DNA of 64,000 nt from an uncultured Candidatus Saccharibacteria bacterium (GTDB taxonomy: Bacteria; Patescibacteriota; Minisyncoccia; Phycocordibacterales; UBA9973): assembly GCA_964527235.1 (NCBI GenBank), contig CAZGNC010000002.1:146381-210380 (forward strand). The letters run 5' to 3'. How positions within the stretch are numbered: the first letter of the stretch is position 1; each line of letters begins with the position of its first letter. The notes beneath the pieces were generated by a model. The model made no database searches. It had not been told where the DNA came from and saw only the letters and a list, made by a program, of their open reading frames with translations. Positions 1-8,720 of this stretch are shown piece by piece. A program made the translations under genes and the position numbers.

Positions 1-45
1 TAAGTAAAATATCCACTTATTGCTTGTTTGCTATTGTGGTTTTAA

Positions 46-420
46 GTGCTATTATTTGGTCACATGTTAGATAAACAAAAAATTAAAGATAAGCTTGAAA
101 AAGAGAAGGATATATTACTAGGCCAGTTGAAAGATATTGGTAAATTAAATACTGATAATGGTGAGTGGGAGGCGACCCCTGAAGAGATGGCCTTCCCTGA
201 AACTGACCAAAATGATATGGCTGATAGATTTGAAGATTTCGAATCTCGCAGTTCTATGGTCAAGATTCTAGGCCCAAGACTAAATAATATTCTACGTGCA
301 CTTAAGGGTATAGGTAAAGGATCTTTCGGTGTTTGTGAAGTTTGCAAGAAAAACATTGAAGCCGATCGCCTCGAAGCCAACCCTGCAGCTCGAACCTGCA
401 AGAAACACTTAGAAGGTTAA
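46..420 (+). CDS. DksA/TraR-family C4-type zinc-finger protein
   Basis: 124-aa ORF; C-terminal CxxC-x17-CxxH (CEVCKK...RTCKKH) with a coiled N-terminal part typical of the DksA/TraR family. Confidence 0.55.
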   Translation: MLLFGHMLDKQKIKDKLEKEKDILLGQLKDIGKLNTDNGEWEATPEEMAFPETDQNDMADRFEDFESRSSMVKILGPRLNNILRALKGIGKGSFGVCEVCKKNIEADRLEANPAARTCKKHLEG

Positions 421-430
421 TTTCTCTACT

Positions 431-1984
431 ATGTCCTTCGCCCGAGTATATTCAGCCCAAGTAAATCTACTTTCTGGGGTGATTGTTACTGTGGAAGTCG
501 ATCTTTCGCGCGGATTGCATTCTTTTAATGTTGTAGGACTACCTGATAAAGCAGTCGACGAGTCTAAAGACCGAGTAAGTGGTGCGATAAAGAACTCAGG
601 ATACCAATCTCCAAAAGCCAAAAATCAGAAAATAGTTGTGTCGCTTTCTCCTGCGGACCTCAAGAAAGAGGGTCCGTTTTTTGATTTAGCTATTGCGCTG
701 TCATATATGCTCGCTTCGGGGGATATAAAGTTTAATCCTGAGAAGAAGATTTTCCTTGGAGAGCTTGGGCTTGATGGCACCTTGCGTCGTATTCGTGGGG
801 CACTACCGCTTGCGCAGGAAGCCAAGAAGCGAGGGTTCGAAGAGATATATGTTCCGAAAGAAAATGCCGAAGAAGCAGCTCTGGTAGAGGGGATTAAAGT
901 TTTTGGTGCAGGGAGCTTGGAAGAAGTTGTAGAACACATAGATGAAAATAAGAAATTAGAAAACAAAAAGAAGAAAGAGATACCTCTGCAACCTAAAACT
1001 AAGATAAATTATAACTCTGAGAGAAAAGGTGCAGACTTTCGTGACGTGCGTGGTCAGGAAGGTGCTAAACGCGGGCTTGAGATTGCCGCGGCTGGTGGGC
1101 ATAATATCGCCATGTACGGGCCTCCAGGAACCGGGAAGACCATGCTCGCTCGCGCCTTCTCGGGATTGCTCGATGACTTGAGCATGGAAGAGATTTTAGA
1201 GATTACCGGTATACACTCGGTGGCTGGAGCAACTCAGGGTGAGCTAGTGTGTAACCCGCCCTTTCGAGCGCCTCACCACACGTCTTCTTATGTTTCGATT
1301 ATTGGCGGAGGCACTTATCCCAAACCTGGCGAAGTAACTCTCGCGCATCGAGGAGTACTTTTCTTAGATGAATTTCCTGAGTTTGAGAAGAGAGTAATAG
1401 AGTCTCTGCGTCAGCCACTTGAAGATAACATAGTGTCTATTTCGCGAGCGCGTGGGTCGGCGATATTTCCTTCGAACTTTATTTTAATAGCTGCGATGAA
1501 TCCTTGCCCATGTGGCAACGCTGGCAGTAAACAGAAAGCTTGTATCTGTAAGCCCTCTGACCTCGACCGTTATAAACGTAAACTTTCAGGCCCGATAATG
1601 GACCGTATTGATATATGGGTTTCGGTAGGTAATGTTGATTATAAAAAGTTGGGTGAAGACGGCGGAGAAGGGGAGAAGAGTGATCAAATCAAAGCTCGAG
1701 TCAAACGCGCCAGAGAAGTACAAAGAAATAGATTTAAGAAATTCGGTCGGTCGATTTCTGCAAACAGTGAAATGAATGTAAAAGATTTATCCGCTTTGGT
1801 AAAACTTAGCAAAGAAGTGAGGCAGTTGCTCGACGATAGTGCAGAACGCTTAGCGCTCTCTGCTCGTGCGTATCACCGAGTAATAAAAATAGCCCGCACA
1901 ATTGCGGACCTTGAAGGCTCTGATGAAATAAAACCTAATCACATTCTCGAAGCCATCCAGTATCGGCCGAAAATAAATTCATAG
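431..1984 (+). CDS. comM: YifB/ComM-family Mg-chelatase-like AAA+ ATPase
   Basis: 517 aa; N-terminal Lon-like/ChlI domain; Walker A GPPGTGKTML; C-terminal Mg_chelatase_C-like end (RVIKIARTIADLEG). Confidence 0.85.
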   Translation: MSFARVYSAQVNLLSGVIVTVEVDLSRGLHSFNVVGLPDKAVDESKDRVSGAIKNSGYQSPKAKNQKIVVSLSPADLKKEGPFFDLAIALSYMLASGDIKFNPEKKIFLGELGLDGTLRRIRGALPLAQEAKKRGFEEIYVPKENAEEAALVEGIKVFGAGSLEEVVEHIDENKKLENKKKKEIPLQPKTKINYNSERKGADFRDVRGQEGAKRGLEIAAAGGHNIAMYGPPGTGKTMLARAFSGLLDDLSMEEILEITGIHSVAGATQGELVCNPPFRAPHHTSSYVSIIGGGTYPKPGEVTLAHRGVLFLDEFPEFEKRVIESLRQPLEDNIVSISRARGSAIFPSNFILIAAMNPCPCGNAGSKQKACICKPSDLDRYKRKLSGPIMDRIDIWVSVGNVDYKKLGEDGGEGEKSDQIKARVKRAREVQRNRFKKFGRSISANSEMNVKDLSALVKLSKEVRQLLDDSAERLALSARAYHRVIKIARTIADLEGSDEIKPNHILEAIQYRPKINS

Positions 1985-1996
1985 AAAAAACAAAAT

Positions 1997-2028
1997 GGGC
2001 GACGGATTCCCGAAGGATTCCGTCGCCC
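1997..2028 (-). terminator. Rho-independent terminator hairpin (GGGCGACGGAATCC-CGAA-GGATTCCGTCGCCC) with the U-run on the minus strand
   Basis: Perfect 14-bp stem. An A-run on the + strand upstream means a T-run follows on the minus strand. It terminates leftward transcription from the GC-rich element 2033-2440. Confidence 0.55.
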
Positions 2029-2109
2029 GATACGTCAACTACCAATCAACCGCTTCGCACGCCTACTTGTAGCGTGCTCGTCTTCTCTCAGCTCAAGCCG
2101 CTCAGCGAC

Positions 2110-2319
2110 CTACGAGATCGCGATACGGAGCGTCGTATTGCAGCCACGACAGACGACGACCACTCCTGCCGGAGATCGATCCAGCGGGGCGGATACATTT
2201 TCACCGCACCCACACATCAGGCAGGTGCCACTCATGGTACCTTTCCCGGTGGGGGTTGCGGCGATTGTCATCGTGGCGCGGTCTGCGACACGTCCCGGTA
2301 CGTGTTGAAGCTGGGTCAT
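2110..2319 (-). CDS. Small Cys-rich (CxxCxC...CxxC) hypothetical protein inside a GC-rich island; may instead be a structured RNA
   Basis: 69-aa ORF on the minus strand inside a ~60% GC island. AGGAG lies 12 nt upstream of the ATG. It is bracketed by minus-strand promoter-like TTGACA-17-TAGACT (2422-2450) and terminator 1997-2028. Confidence 0.25.
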   Translation of the reverse strand: MTQLQHVPGRVADRATMTIAATPTGKGTMSGTCLMCGCGENVSAPLDRSPAGVVVVCRGCNTTLRIAIS

Positions 2320-2421
2320 TTCGGTCTGTAGCTCCTGCGATCAATTGTGATGGAACATTGGGAAGTCCACTTCGCTCCGCTCGATACTTGGCTTAGCGGT
2401 TCCCGTGAGTGTTTCGAATAC

Positions 2422-2450
2422 AGTCTAGCATAAAATATGTCAAATGTCAA
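2422..2450 (-). promoter_or_regulatory. Sigma70-like promoter (TTGACA-17nt-TAGACT) reading leftward into the GC-rich element
   Basis: Reverse complement of 2422-2450 gives TTGACATTTGACATATTTTATGCTAGACT. There is a tandem TTGACA. Confidence 0.4.
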
Positions 2451-2532
2451 GCTGATTTTAGCTTTATATTACAATGTTTTTTCTTCGATATTGTTCCTGG
2501 CTGTTTATTTAGGGATATCCACAGCTTATTTG

Positions 2533-2562
2533 TTGACATGTGAACGCTCGTTCACTTATACT
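2533..2562 (+). promoter_or_regulatory. Promoter (TTGACA-18-TATACT) with an embedded LexA/SOS box GAAC-N4-GTTC (2542-2553)
   Basis: tgtGAACgctcGTTCac palindrome of the Gram-positive/Cheo-box type CGAACnnnnGTTCG. It sits in the promoter spacer upstream of the small ORF and lexA. Confidence 0.55.
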
Positions 2563-2612
2563 ATATACATAAGTAAGTAGGGTCGTTTAGTAAAATAATT
2601 ATTAAAAAATAT

Positions 2613-2810
2613 ATGTCACAAGCACAATATTTAAAAACAATAGAAAAGGAGATTCAGAGGTTAAATAAGATTATTGACCAGAAGATATTAAGAGGGGAGG
2701 CTTATTATCGCGAGGCTCGAGATCACAAGCTTCTACTTCAGAAGGTACGATATCATTCTCGCAAGAATTTCTTCCGCAATTTATTCCCTACTTTTTCTGC
2801 AGCTTTCTAA
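2613..2810 (+). CDS. Hypothetical small basic protein co-transcribed with lexA
   Basis: 65-aa ORF between the SOS-box promoter and lexA. Stop is 3 nt before the lexA start. No recognisable family. Confidence 0.35.
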   Translation: MSQAQYLKTIEKEIQRLNKIIDQKILRGEAYYREARDHKLLLQKVRYHSRKNFFRNLFPTFSAAF

Positions 2811-2813
2811 AAG

Positions 2814-3380
2814 ATGCAAAATCTATACAAATCTAAAATAGAATCTTTCTACAAAGAAGAGAAGCGCATGCCGACATACACTGAGATGATGCGCCTCTTC
2901 GGCTTTAAGTCCAAGAATGCTGTTGCACGAATTGTAAACAAGATGCTAGACGCTGGGCTCGTCGCCAAGGATCATTTAGGGAGGCTTGTTCCCAAAGATT
3001 CATTTGGTGAGATTGCCAAGCTCGGTTTCGTAACTGCTGGGCTACCAGCAAGTGTTGAAGAAGAGTCCACAGACACAGTGAGTCTCGAAGATATGCTTGT
3101 CGGTAAGAAAGAGCTTACTTACATGCTCGAAGTTGACGGCGACTCGATGATAGAGGCGCACATCGAAGACGGGGATATGGTGTTAGTCGAGAAGACCGAA
3201 AATGCCAAAGACGGGCAGATAGTTATCGCCGAAGTTGATGGAGAGTTTACCATGAAGTATCTACGCGAGAAGGGTGGCAAGCGATGGCTCGAACCAGCAA
3301 ACAAAAACTACAAACCTATTTATCCCGAGAACAGCCTGAAAGTCATCGCAGTACTAAAGGCAGTTATTAGGAAGTACTAA
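2814..3380 (+). CDS. lexA: LexA repressor (S24 peptidase)
   Basis: N-terminal wHTH (TYTEMMRLFGFKSKNAVARIVNKMLDAGLV); Ala-Gly cleavage site (VTAGLP); S24 domain with GDSM...K (Ser/Lys dyad). A true start at MPTYTEMM (2868) is possible. Confidence 0.85.
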   Translation: MQNLYKSKIESFYKEEKRMPTYTEMMRLFGFKSKNAVARIVNKMLDAGLVAKDHLGRLVPKDSFGEIAKLGFVTAGLPASVEEESTDTVSLEDMLVGKKELTYMLEVDGDSMIEAHIEDGDMVLVEKTENAKDGQIVIAEVDGEFTMKYLREKGGKRWLEPANKNYKPIYPENSLKVIAVLKAVIRKY

Positions 3381-3395
3381 ATTAAAATATATTAG

Positions 3396-3427
3396 AAACA
3401 AAAAACCGCCTTTCGGCGGATTTTTGT
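3396..3427. terminator. Bidirectional rho-independent terminator (A-run, CCGCC-TTTC-GGCGG, T-run)
   Basis: Hairpin flanked by A6 and T5. It lies between convergent lexA (+) and hup (-). Confidence 0.6.
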
Positions 3428-3447
3428 ATTTTATCTCGAGATAAAAA

Positions 3448-3720
3448 TTAAGCAACCATGTCCTTCAAACCTTTTGCAGGTCGGAATTTTGGAACTTTCT
3501 TAGCAGCTACTTTAACTTGCTCTCCAGTTTTTGGATTGCGAGCCATACGTGCTGCGCGTGATTTAACGGAAAAGATTCCGAAACCAGCGATAGATACTTC
3601 GTCACCCTTCTTGAGAGCGCCGACGATTGCATCGAACAATCCATCTACAACTTCTTCTGCTTGAACTTTGGTACCACCTAGCTTTCCGTGTACCAATTCA
3701 GCTAATGCTTGTTTATTCAT
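3448..3720 (-). CDS. hup: HU-family DNA-binding protein
   Basis: MNKQALAELV...GFGIFSVKSRAARMARNPKTGEQV is the classic HU/IHF fold signature. The ORF track extends to 3759 but HU starts at MNKQ. Confidence 0.85.
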   Translation of the reverse strand: MNKQALAELVHGKLGGTKVQAEEVVDGLFDAIVGALKKGDEVSIAGFGIFSVKSRAARMARNPKTGEQVKVAAKKVPKFRPAKGLKDMVA

Positions 3721-3856
3721 AGTACGATAAAAGATTATTGCTAATAACTTTTCGACCATTACTTATAAACCGTCGATAACCCCTAAACACTGTCATTATA
3801 TACTAAGGGTTTTTTAAGGGCAATAGAAATTCTCCGAGGAGAAAATTTGACAAATT

Positions 3857-5386
3857 TTAACGTGCGTATTCTATTACGCGAGTTTCTCGGATCAAAGTTA
3901 CCTTGATTTCACCCGGATACTTCAATTCTTGTTCGATTTTGAGCGCTATGTCGCGAGCCATGAGCTTGCCTTCAGCGTCAGACACTTTCTCTGGGGTTAC
4001 GAAGATGCGGATTTCACGTCCAGCTTGTAATGCATAGGACTTTTCGACACCACCGAAGGCATTTACTAGGGCTTCTAGCTCTTGGAGTCTCTTTAGGTAG
4101 TTCTCTACGCTGTCTCGGCGAGCTCCGGGGCGTCCTCCAGAGATAGCATCTGCAGTCTGGACGATTATGGCCTCGATAGTTTCATATGGGTAGTCTTCGT
4201 GGTGACTCTTCATCGCAGTGATAATGCGTTCATCAGCTCCGAATTTCTGCAGTATGCGTATACCTATCTCGATATGAGTGCCTTGTACCTCGTGGTCTAG
4301 GGCTTTACCGATGTCGTGAACAAGCGCACCAGCCTTCGCAATAGCCACGTCAGCACCAAGCTCTTCAGCTAGCATGCCGGCGATGTGGGCCATCTCGATA
4401 GAGTGCTGTAGAACGTTCTGCCCGTAACTTGTTCTGAAGTACAATCGCCCTATGATAGCCACTATGCGAGGATCGAAGTTGAATATTCCACACTCGTATA
4501 CTGCTTGTTCACCTTTTTCTTTAATTATTTTATTGATTTCTTCTTTAGCTTTGTCTACTAGTTCTTCAATTTTGGCTGGCTGGATTCGTCCATCGAGGAT
4601 CAAGTTCTCAAGAGCCAGACGAGCAACCTGTCGGCGGATAGGGTCGAAAGAAGATATGACGATAGATCCTGGAGTATCATCCACGATAAGCTCTACTCCA
4701 GCAGCACGCTCGAAAGCACGAATGTTTCGGCCTTCTTTACCTATGATTTTACCCTTGATTTCATTGTTTGGGATAGAAACTATAGTAGTCATGAGCTCAG
4801 AAGCAGTACTAGATGCTAGACGCTGGATAGATGTAGCTAGTATATCTTTAGCACGACGATCTAATCTCTCATCGCTATTGTTCTCTAGTTTTTGGATTCT
4901 AACCAATATGTCTTCTTCGTATTTCTTCTCAATGTCTTTCAAAAGCTCTTCTTTAGCTTCGGCTTCTGTTAGGCGAGAGACTCTCTCGAGTTCTGCACGC
5001 TTGTCTTCTTCTATTTTTACTACCTTTTCCTGAATCTTTTTGATTTCTTCAACCTTTAGTTTCACATTTTCTACTTCTTTATCTATTTCTACCTGGCGCG
5101 CATCCAAGAACTCATCTTTCTTGATGAGTCTTTTCTCGGTTTCTTTAAATTCTACTTCCTTCTTCTTCTCTTCTTCTCTTAGTTCTGCCAGTTTAGCTTC
5201 TGACACCTTCTTGGCCTCGTCTACTATCTTCTGGGCTTCCTCCTTTGCCCCGACCATCATCTGCTTGATGTCGATTTCGATAGAGCGACGTTTGCCGAGA
5301 GCTATGATAAGTCGTAGGTAGTAACCTATTAGAACGCCCAAAAGGAGCGCTCCTGCTCCCAAAAGAATTATTGTTATTAAGCTCAT
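3857..5386 (-). CDS. rny: Ribonuclease Y
   Basis: 509 aa; N-terminal TM; coiled-coil; KH domain (GKIIGKEGRNIRAFE); HD domain (HSIEMAHIAGMLA...HDIGK). Confidence 0.9.
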   Translation of the reverse strand: MSLITIILLGAGALLLGVLIGYYLRLIIALGKRRSIEIDIKQMMVGAKEEAQKIVDEAKKVSEAKLAELREEEKKKEVEFKETEKRLIKKDEFLDARQVEIDKEVENVKLKVEEIKKIQEKVVKIEEDKRAELERVSRLTEAEAKEELLKDIEKKYEEDILVRIQKLENNSDERLDRRAKDILATSIQRLASSTASELMTTIVSIPNNEIKGKIIGKEGRNIRAFERAAGVELIVDDTPGSIVISSFDPIRRQVARLALENLILDGRIQPAKIEELVDKAKEEINKIIKEKGEQAVYECGIFNFDPRIVAIIGRLYFRTSYGQNVLQHSIEMAHIAGMLAEELGADVAIAKAGALVHDIGKALDHEVQGTHIEIGIRILQKFGADERIITAMKSHHEDYPYETIEAIIVQTADAISGGRPGARRDSVENYLKRLQELEALVNAFGGVEKSYALQAGREIRIFVTPEKVSDAEGKLMARDIALKIEQELKYPGEIKVTLIRETRVIEYAR

Positions 5387-5596
5387 AAGTCTTGAATCGA
5401 CTTATAAGAACAGACCACTATATTTGCGGTTTCATTGACTCACAGAGATTTTTCTTCCAAACTCGAACACTTTTCAAAACATTTTTCAGTGAAAACTTCA
5501 TAATATATGGGTATTCCTATAAACCAACTATAAATTAATCGAAAATCAATTTCTAAAATACTACCCACATAGTATATCAAATATGAGAGGAATTGT

Positions 5597-6226
5597 CTAA
5601 TCTTGAGATTTGGCGGTTGGAGCCTTGGACTTGGTGACTATCTCGTCGATGATGCCGTACTTTTTGGCCTCTTCGGCGTCCATAAAGAAGTCTCTTTCTA
5701 CGTCCTTCTCTATTTGGGCGAGAGATTTGCCTGTGTTTTTAGCTAAAAGCTTATTTAGGTTGTCTCGGGTCTTCAATATGTGCTTGGCGGTGATGGCAAT
5801 GTCTGTTGCTTGGCCCTCAACACCACCCAGGGGCTGGTGAATCATGACCTCAGCGTTAGGCAGGATGAACCTTTTACCCTTTTTACCAGAAGATAGTATG
5901 ATCGCGCCTCCCGAAGCTGCGAGTCCTACGCAGAAAGTAGCCACGTCCGGGCGTACGTGATTCATAGTGTCTACTATAGCCATAGTTGATGTTACTGAGC
6001 CACCAGGGGAGTTAACATAAAGGAATATGTCTTTCTTTGGGTCTTCAGATTCTAAGAAAAGTAGCTGGGCTATGACGATGTTGGCTGTATGGTCGTCTAT
6101 TGGTCCACCCAGGAAGATAATGCGCTCACGCAAGAGGCGAGAGTATATGTCATAAGCTCGCTCGCCGAATTGGCTTTTTTCTATTACGGTTGGGATTAAC
6201 ATGTCTGGATTATAGCAGTTTTCCAC
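5597..6226 (-). CDS. clpP: ATP-dependent Clp protease proteolytic subunit
   Basis: 209 aa; [12 protein letters not shown], catalytic Ser in [15 protein letters not shown]. Confidence 0.9.
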   Translation of the reverse strand: MENCYNPDMLIPTVIEKSQFGERAYDIYSRLLRERIIFLGGPIDDHTANIVIAQLLFLESEDPKKDIFLYVNSPGGSVTSTMAIVDTMNHVRPDVATFCVGLAASGGAIILSSGKKGKRFILPNAEVMIHQPLGGVEGQATDIAITAKHILKTRDNLNKLLAKNTGKSLAQIEKDVERDFFMDAEEAKKYGIIDEIVTKSKAPTAKSQD

Positions 6227-6365
6227 ATTTTCGCAATAAAATTTTTCTTGCTTCTAATTTTTAAAGTGGTACCATTCTACCTAATGTCTAATGACAAGTA
6301 TAAATTTAAGACTCGCGATACCCGAATAATTATTTCTCCCAATTTTATATTCTCAGTTTATTCCA

Positions 6366-6390
6366 AGCCCTCCGAAGGGGCTATTTTTTT
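6366..6390 (+). promoter_or_regulatory. Terminator-like hairpin plus T7 run in the pyr operon leader (candidate attenuator)
   Basis: AGCCCT-CCGAA-GGGGCT followed by ATTTTTTTA, 16 nt before the pyrC ATG. There is no upstream + strand gene to terminate. Confidence 0.3.
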
Positions 6391-6405
6391 ATCTGAATTA
6401 AATTT

Positions 6406-7659
6406 ATGTTAAGCATCGAAGGAAACATTGTAAATACTTCTAGCACAAAAAGAGGTCGCGTTGAGATCGACGAGGTGAGTGGGTTGATTGTTGGGGTTAC
6501 CGAGCCGACGGGGGTTGCTGACAGGGTTCTCAAAGAAGAATTAATTTTCCCAGGATTTATAGATTTACACGTACATGCCCGGGAAGACATGAGCCACACT
6601 CAGGAATACAAAGAGGATTTCATTACGGCAGGAGCTGCGGCGATAAATGGTGGGGTGGTGGCATTTGCGGATATGCCAAACAATAAAATTCCGCCGATAG
6701 ATGACACAAGTCATGAGGCCAAAAATAATTTAGCCAAGCGTGCTCCCGTAGAGATTGTTCTCTATGCAGGTGTTGGGGCACAGACTAATCCACTAACCCT
6801 CGGCCATAGCCCTACGGGCGAGGCTAAAAAAGTTCCATACAAGGTGTTCATGGGGCAATCAATTGGAGATTTGTTTTTTACTTCACGTGAGGCGCTAGAG
6901 AGGGCGATAGAAAAATACAAAGGTCAGCATGTGAGTTTTCATTGTGAAGATCCAGAAATTTTAGAAAAAAATATCACTCAAGAAACTCACGAGAGTAAGC
7001 GTCCACCCGAAGCAGAAATCTCTGCGGTGGATTTCGCGCTCGAACTTATCGAGAAATACAAAATTATCGGCAAGATTTGTCACGCCTCGACAGTAGAGGG
7101 GATAGAGAAAATTATAAAAGCGAAAAATCGCGGAGTGAACGTAACTGTCGAAGTTACTCCTCACCATCTGTATTTCGACGAGACGATGCTGAAAAACAAC
7201 AGAACTGAGTTTCAAGTAAATCCTCCTATTCGGCAGACTCAAGAAAACAGATTGGCGCTTATTAAATTTTTAAAAGATGGACACATAGATTATCTCGCCA
7301 CCGATCATGCCCCACACTCTAAAGAAGAAAAGCAGAAGGGAATTTCAGGGCTAACTCATTTGGATACTTACGGTTCTGTGGCGACTTGGCTTATGTCAGA
7401 GCACGGATTTACTCCAGAAGATATCGTTAGAGTGTGCGCGCAAAATCCGGCAAAATTTTTCAACGAATTTACGACTCATAAATATGGAGAAATAAAAGAA
7501 GGTTTTGTTGGGTCGCTGACAATTTTGGACCCTAAAAAATCAGTAAAAATAACGGAAGATTTTCTTAAGACAAAGTGTGGCTGGTCGCCATTTCTGGGGG
7601 TGACATTTCCCGGCAGTGTTGTTGCAACAATAATCAAAGGAAAAATTTATGAAAAATAA
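6406..7659 (+). CDS. pyrC: Dihydroorotase
   Basis: 417 aa; DLHVHARE metal-binding motif; TDHAPH; amidohydrolase fold. Confidence 0.85.
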   Translation: MLSIEGNIVNTSSTKRGRVEIDEVSGLIVGVTEPTGVADRVLKEELIFPGFIDLHVHAREDMSHTQEYKEDFITAGAAAINGGVVAFADMPNNKIPPIDDTSHEAKNNLAKRAPVEIVLYAGVGAQTNPLTLGHSPTGEAKKVPYKVFMGQSIGDLFFTSREALERAIEKYKGQHVSFHCEDPEILEKNITQETHESKRPPEAEISAVDFALELIEKYKIIGKICHASTVEGIEKIIKAKNRGVNVTVEVTPHHLYFDETMLKNNRTEFQVNPPIRQTQENRLALIKFLKDGHIDYLATDHAPHSKEEKQKGISGLTHLDTYGSVATWLMSEHGFTPEDIVRVCAQNPAKFFNEFTTHKYGEIKEGFVGSLTILDPKKSVKITEDFLKTKCGWSPFLGVTFPGSVVATIIKGKIYEK

Positions 7660-8716
7660 TCAGCAAAAAAGTTTAGCTAAATTAGTTCTCAAGGATGGTA
7701 GTAAGTTTGAAGGGAAAAGTTTTGGGGCAAATGCATCAATGGCTGGTGAAGTTGTTTTTGCCACCGGCATGGTGGGTTATCCTGAAGCGATAACTGATCC
7801 ATCTTTTAGAGGTCAGATTTTAGTAATGACTTATCCATTGATTGGTAATTACGGAGTGCCAAAGAAAGAACTCTGGGAGTCTGAGAAAATTCAAATAGCG
7901 GGGCTGGTAGTGTCTAGTTACATAGATACTCCATCGCACCATGCAAGTACTATGACTCTAGCTACATGGCTCAAGAGCGAAGGAGTGCCCGCGATTGAAA
8001 TAAAAGATACCAGAATGCTAACCCAGAAACTTCGTAGTGAAGGAGTGTCCTTGGGTAAGGTTGTTGTTGGTGGTAAGGATGTAAAATTTGAAAACCCTGA
8101 TCTTCGGAACTTAGCTTCAGAAGTTTCTACAAAGAAAATAATTTTTTATGGTGATGGAGATAAAACTATCGTGCTCATAGACTGTGGGGCAAAGAGAAAC
8201 ATAGTGCGCAGGCTCTTAGCGAGAGGGCTTAAGGTAGTGGTGGCGCCTTGGGATACCGATGTTACACAGTTAACTTTCCCGTTTGACGGAGTGTTAATCT
8301 CAAATGGTCCCGGAGATCCAACCCGAGTAAAGCAAACTATTAAAAATGTAAAAAAGATTCTCGATCGTAAAATTCCCACTCTAGGAATATGCCTAGGGAA
8401 TCAAATTCTGACTCTGGCGTCTGGAGGTTCTACGTTCAAACTCAAGTTTGGGCATCGAAGTCAGAATCAGCCAGTGATAGAAAAAGGCTCGAAAAAGTGT
8501 TATCTCACAACACAAAATCATGGTTTCGCAGTGGGTACAATTCCGAAAGGATTTAAGGAATGGTTTCACAACGCTAATGATAAAACCAATGAAGGAATAA
8601 TTCATGAGAGCGAGCCATTCATGTCAGTGCAGTTTCATCCTGAGAGCTCACCGGGACCTACAGACACCGACTGGATATTCGATTACTTTTTAAAGCGTGC
8701 TGGAATCATAAAATAA
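7649..8716 (+). CDS. carA: Carbamoyl-phosphate synthase small (glutaminase) subunit
   Basis: 355 aa; N-terminal CPSase_sm_chain; GATase1 with GICLGNQ and HPE. Confidence 0.9.
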   Translation: MKNNQQKSLAKLVLKDGSKFEGKSFGANASMAGEVVFATGMVGYPEAITDPSFRGQILVMTYPLIGNYGVPKKELWESEKIQIAGLVVSSYIDTPSHHASTMTLATWLKSEGVPAIEIKDTRMLTQKLRSEGVSLGKVVVGGKDVKFENPDLRNLASEVSTKKIIFYGDGDKTIVLIDCGAKRNIVRRLLARGLKVVVAPWDTDVTQLTFPFDGVLISNGPGDPTRVKQTIKNVKKILDRKIPTLGICLGNQILTLASGGSTFKLKFGHRSQNQPVIEKGSKKCYLTTQNHGFAVGTIPKGFKEWFHNANDKTNEGIIHESEPFMSVQFHPESSPGPTDTDWIFDYFLKRAGIIK

Positions 8717-8720
8717 AATT

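Noticed and set aside
2033-2440. GC-rich element as RNase P RNA, tmRNA or SRP RNA
   Set aside because: The reverse strand has GGGAAAGG...CCAUGAG and GGGUGCGGUGAAAAUG, reminiscent of RNase P P4/P11 motifs. Their spacing is ~30 nt rather than more than 100 nt. The 3' P4 strand (ACAGAACCCGGCU), the tmRNA tRNA-like ends and the SRP domain IV motif were not found.
4452-5321. Antisense ORFs inside rny (193 aa, 93 aa), inside carB (8921-9330, 9788-10210, 10944-11464), inside tig (13291-13731) and inside the adhesin (19094-21742)
   Set aside because: All are shadow ORFs opposite strongly supported conserved genes. They are low-complexity Ser/Leu-rich translations without start context.
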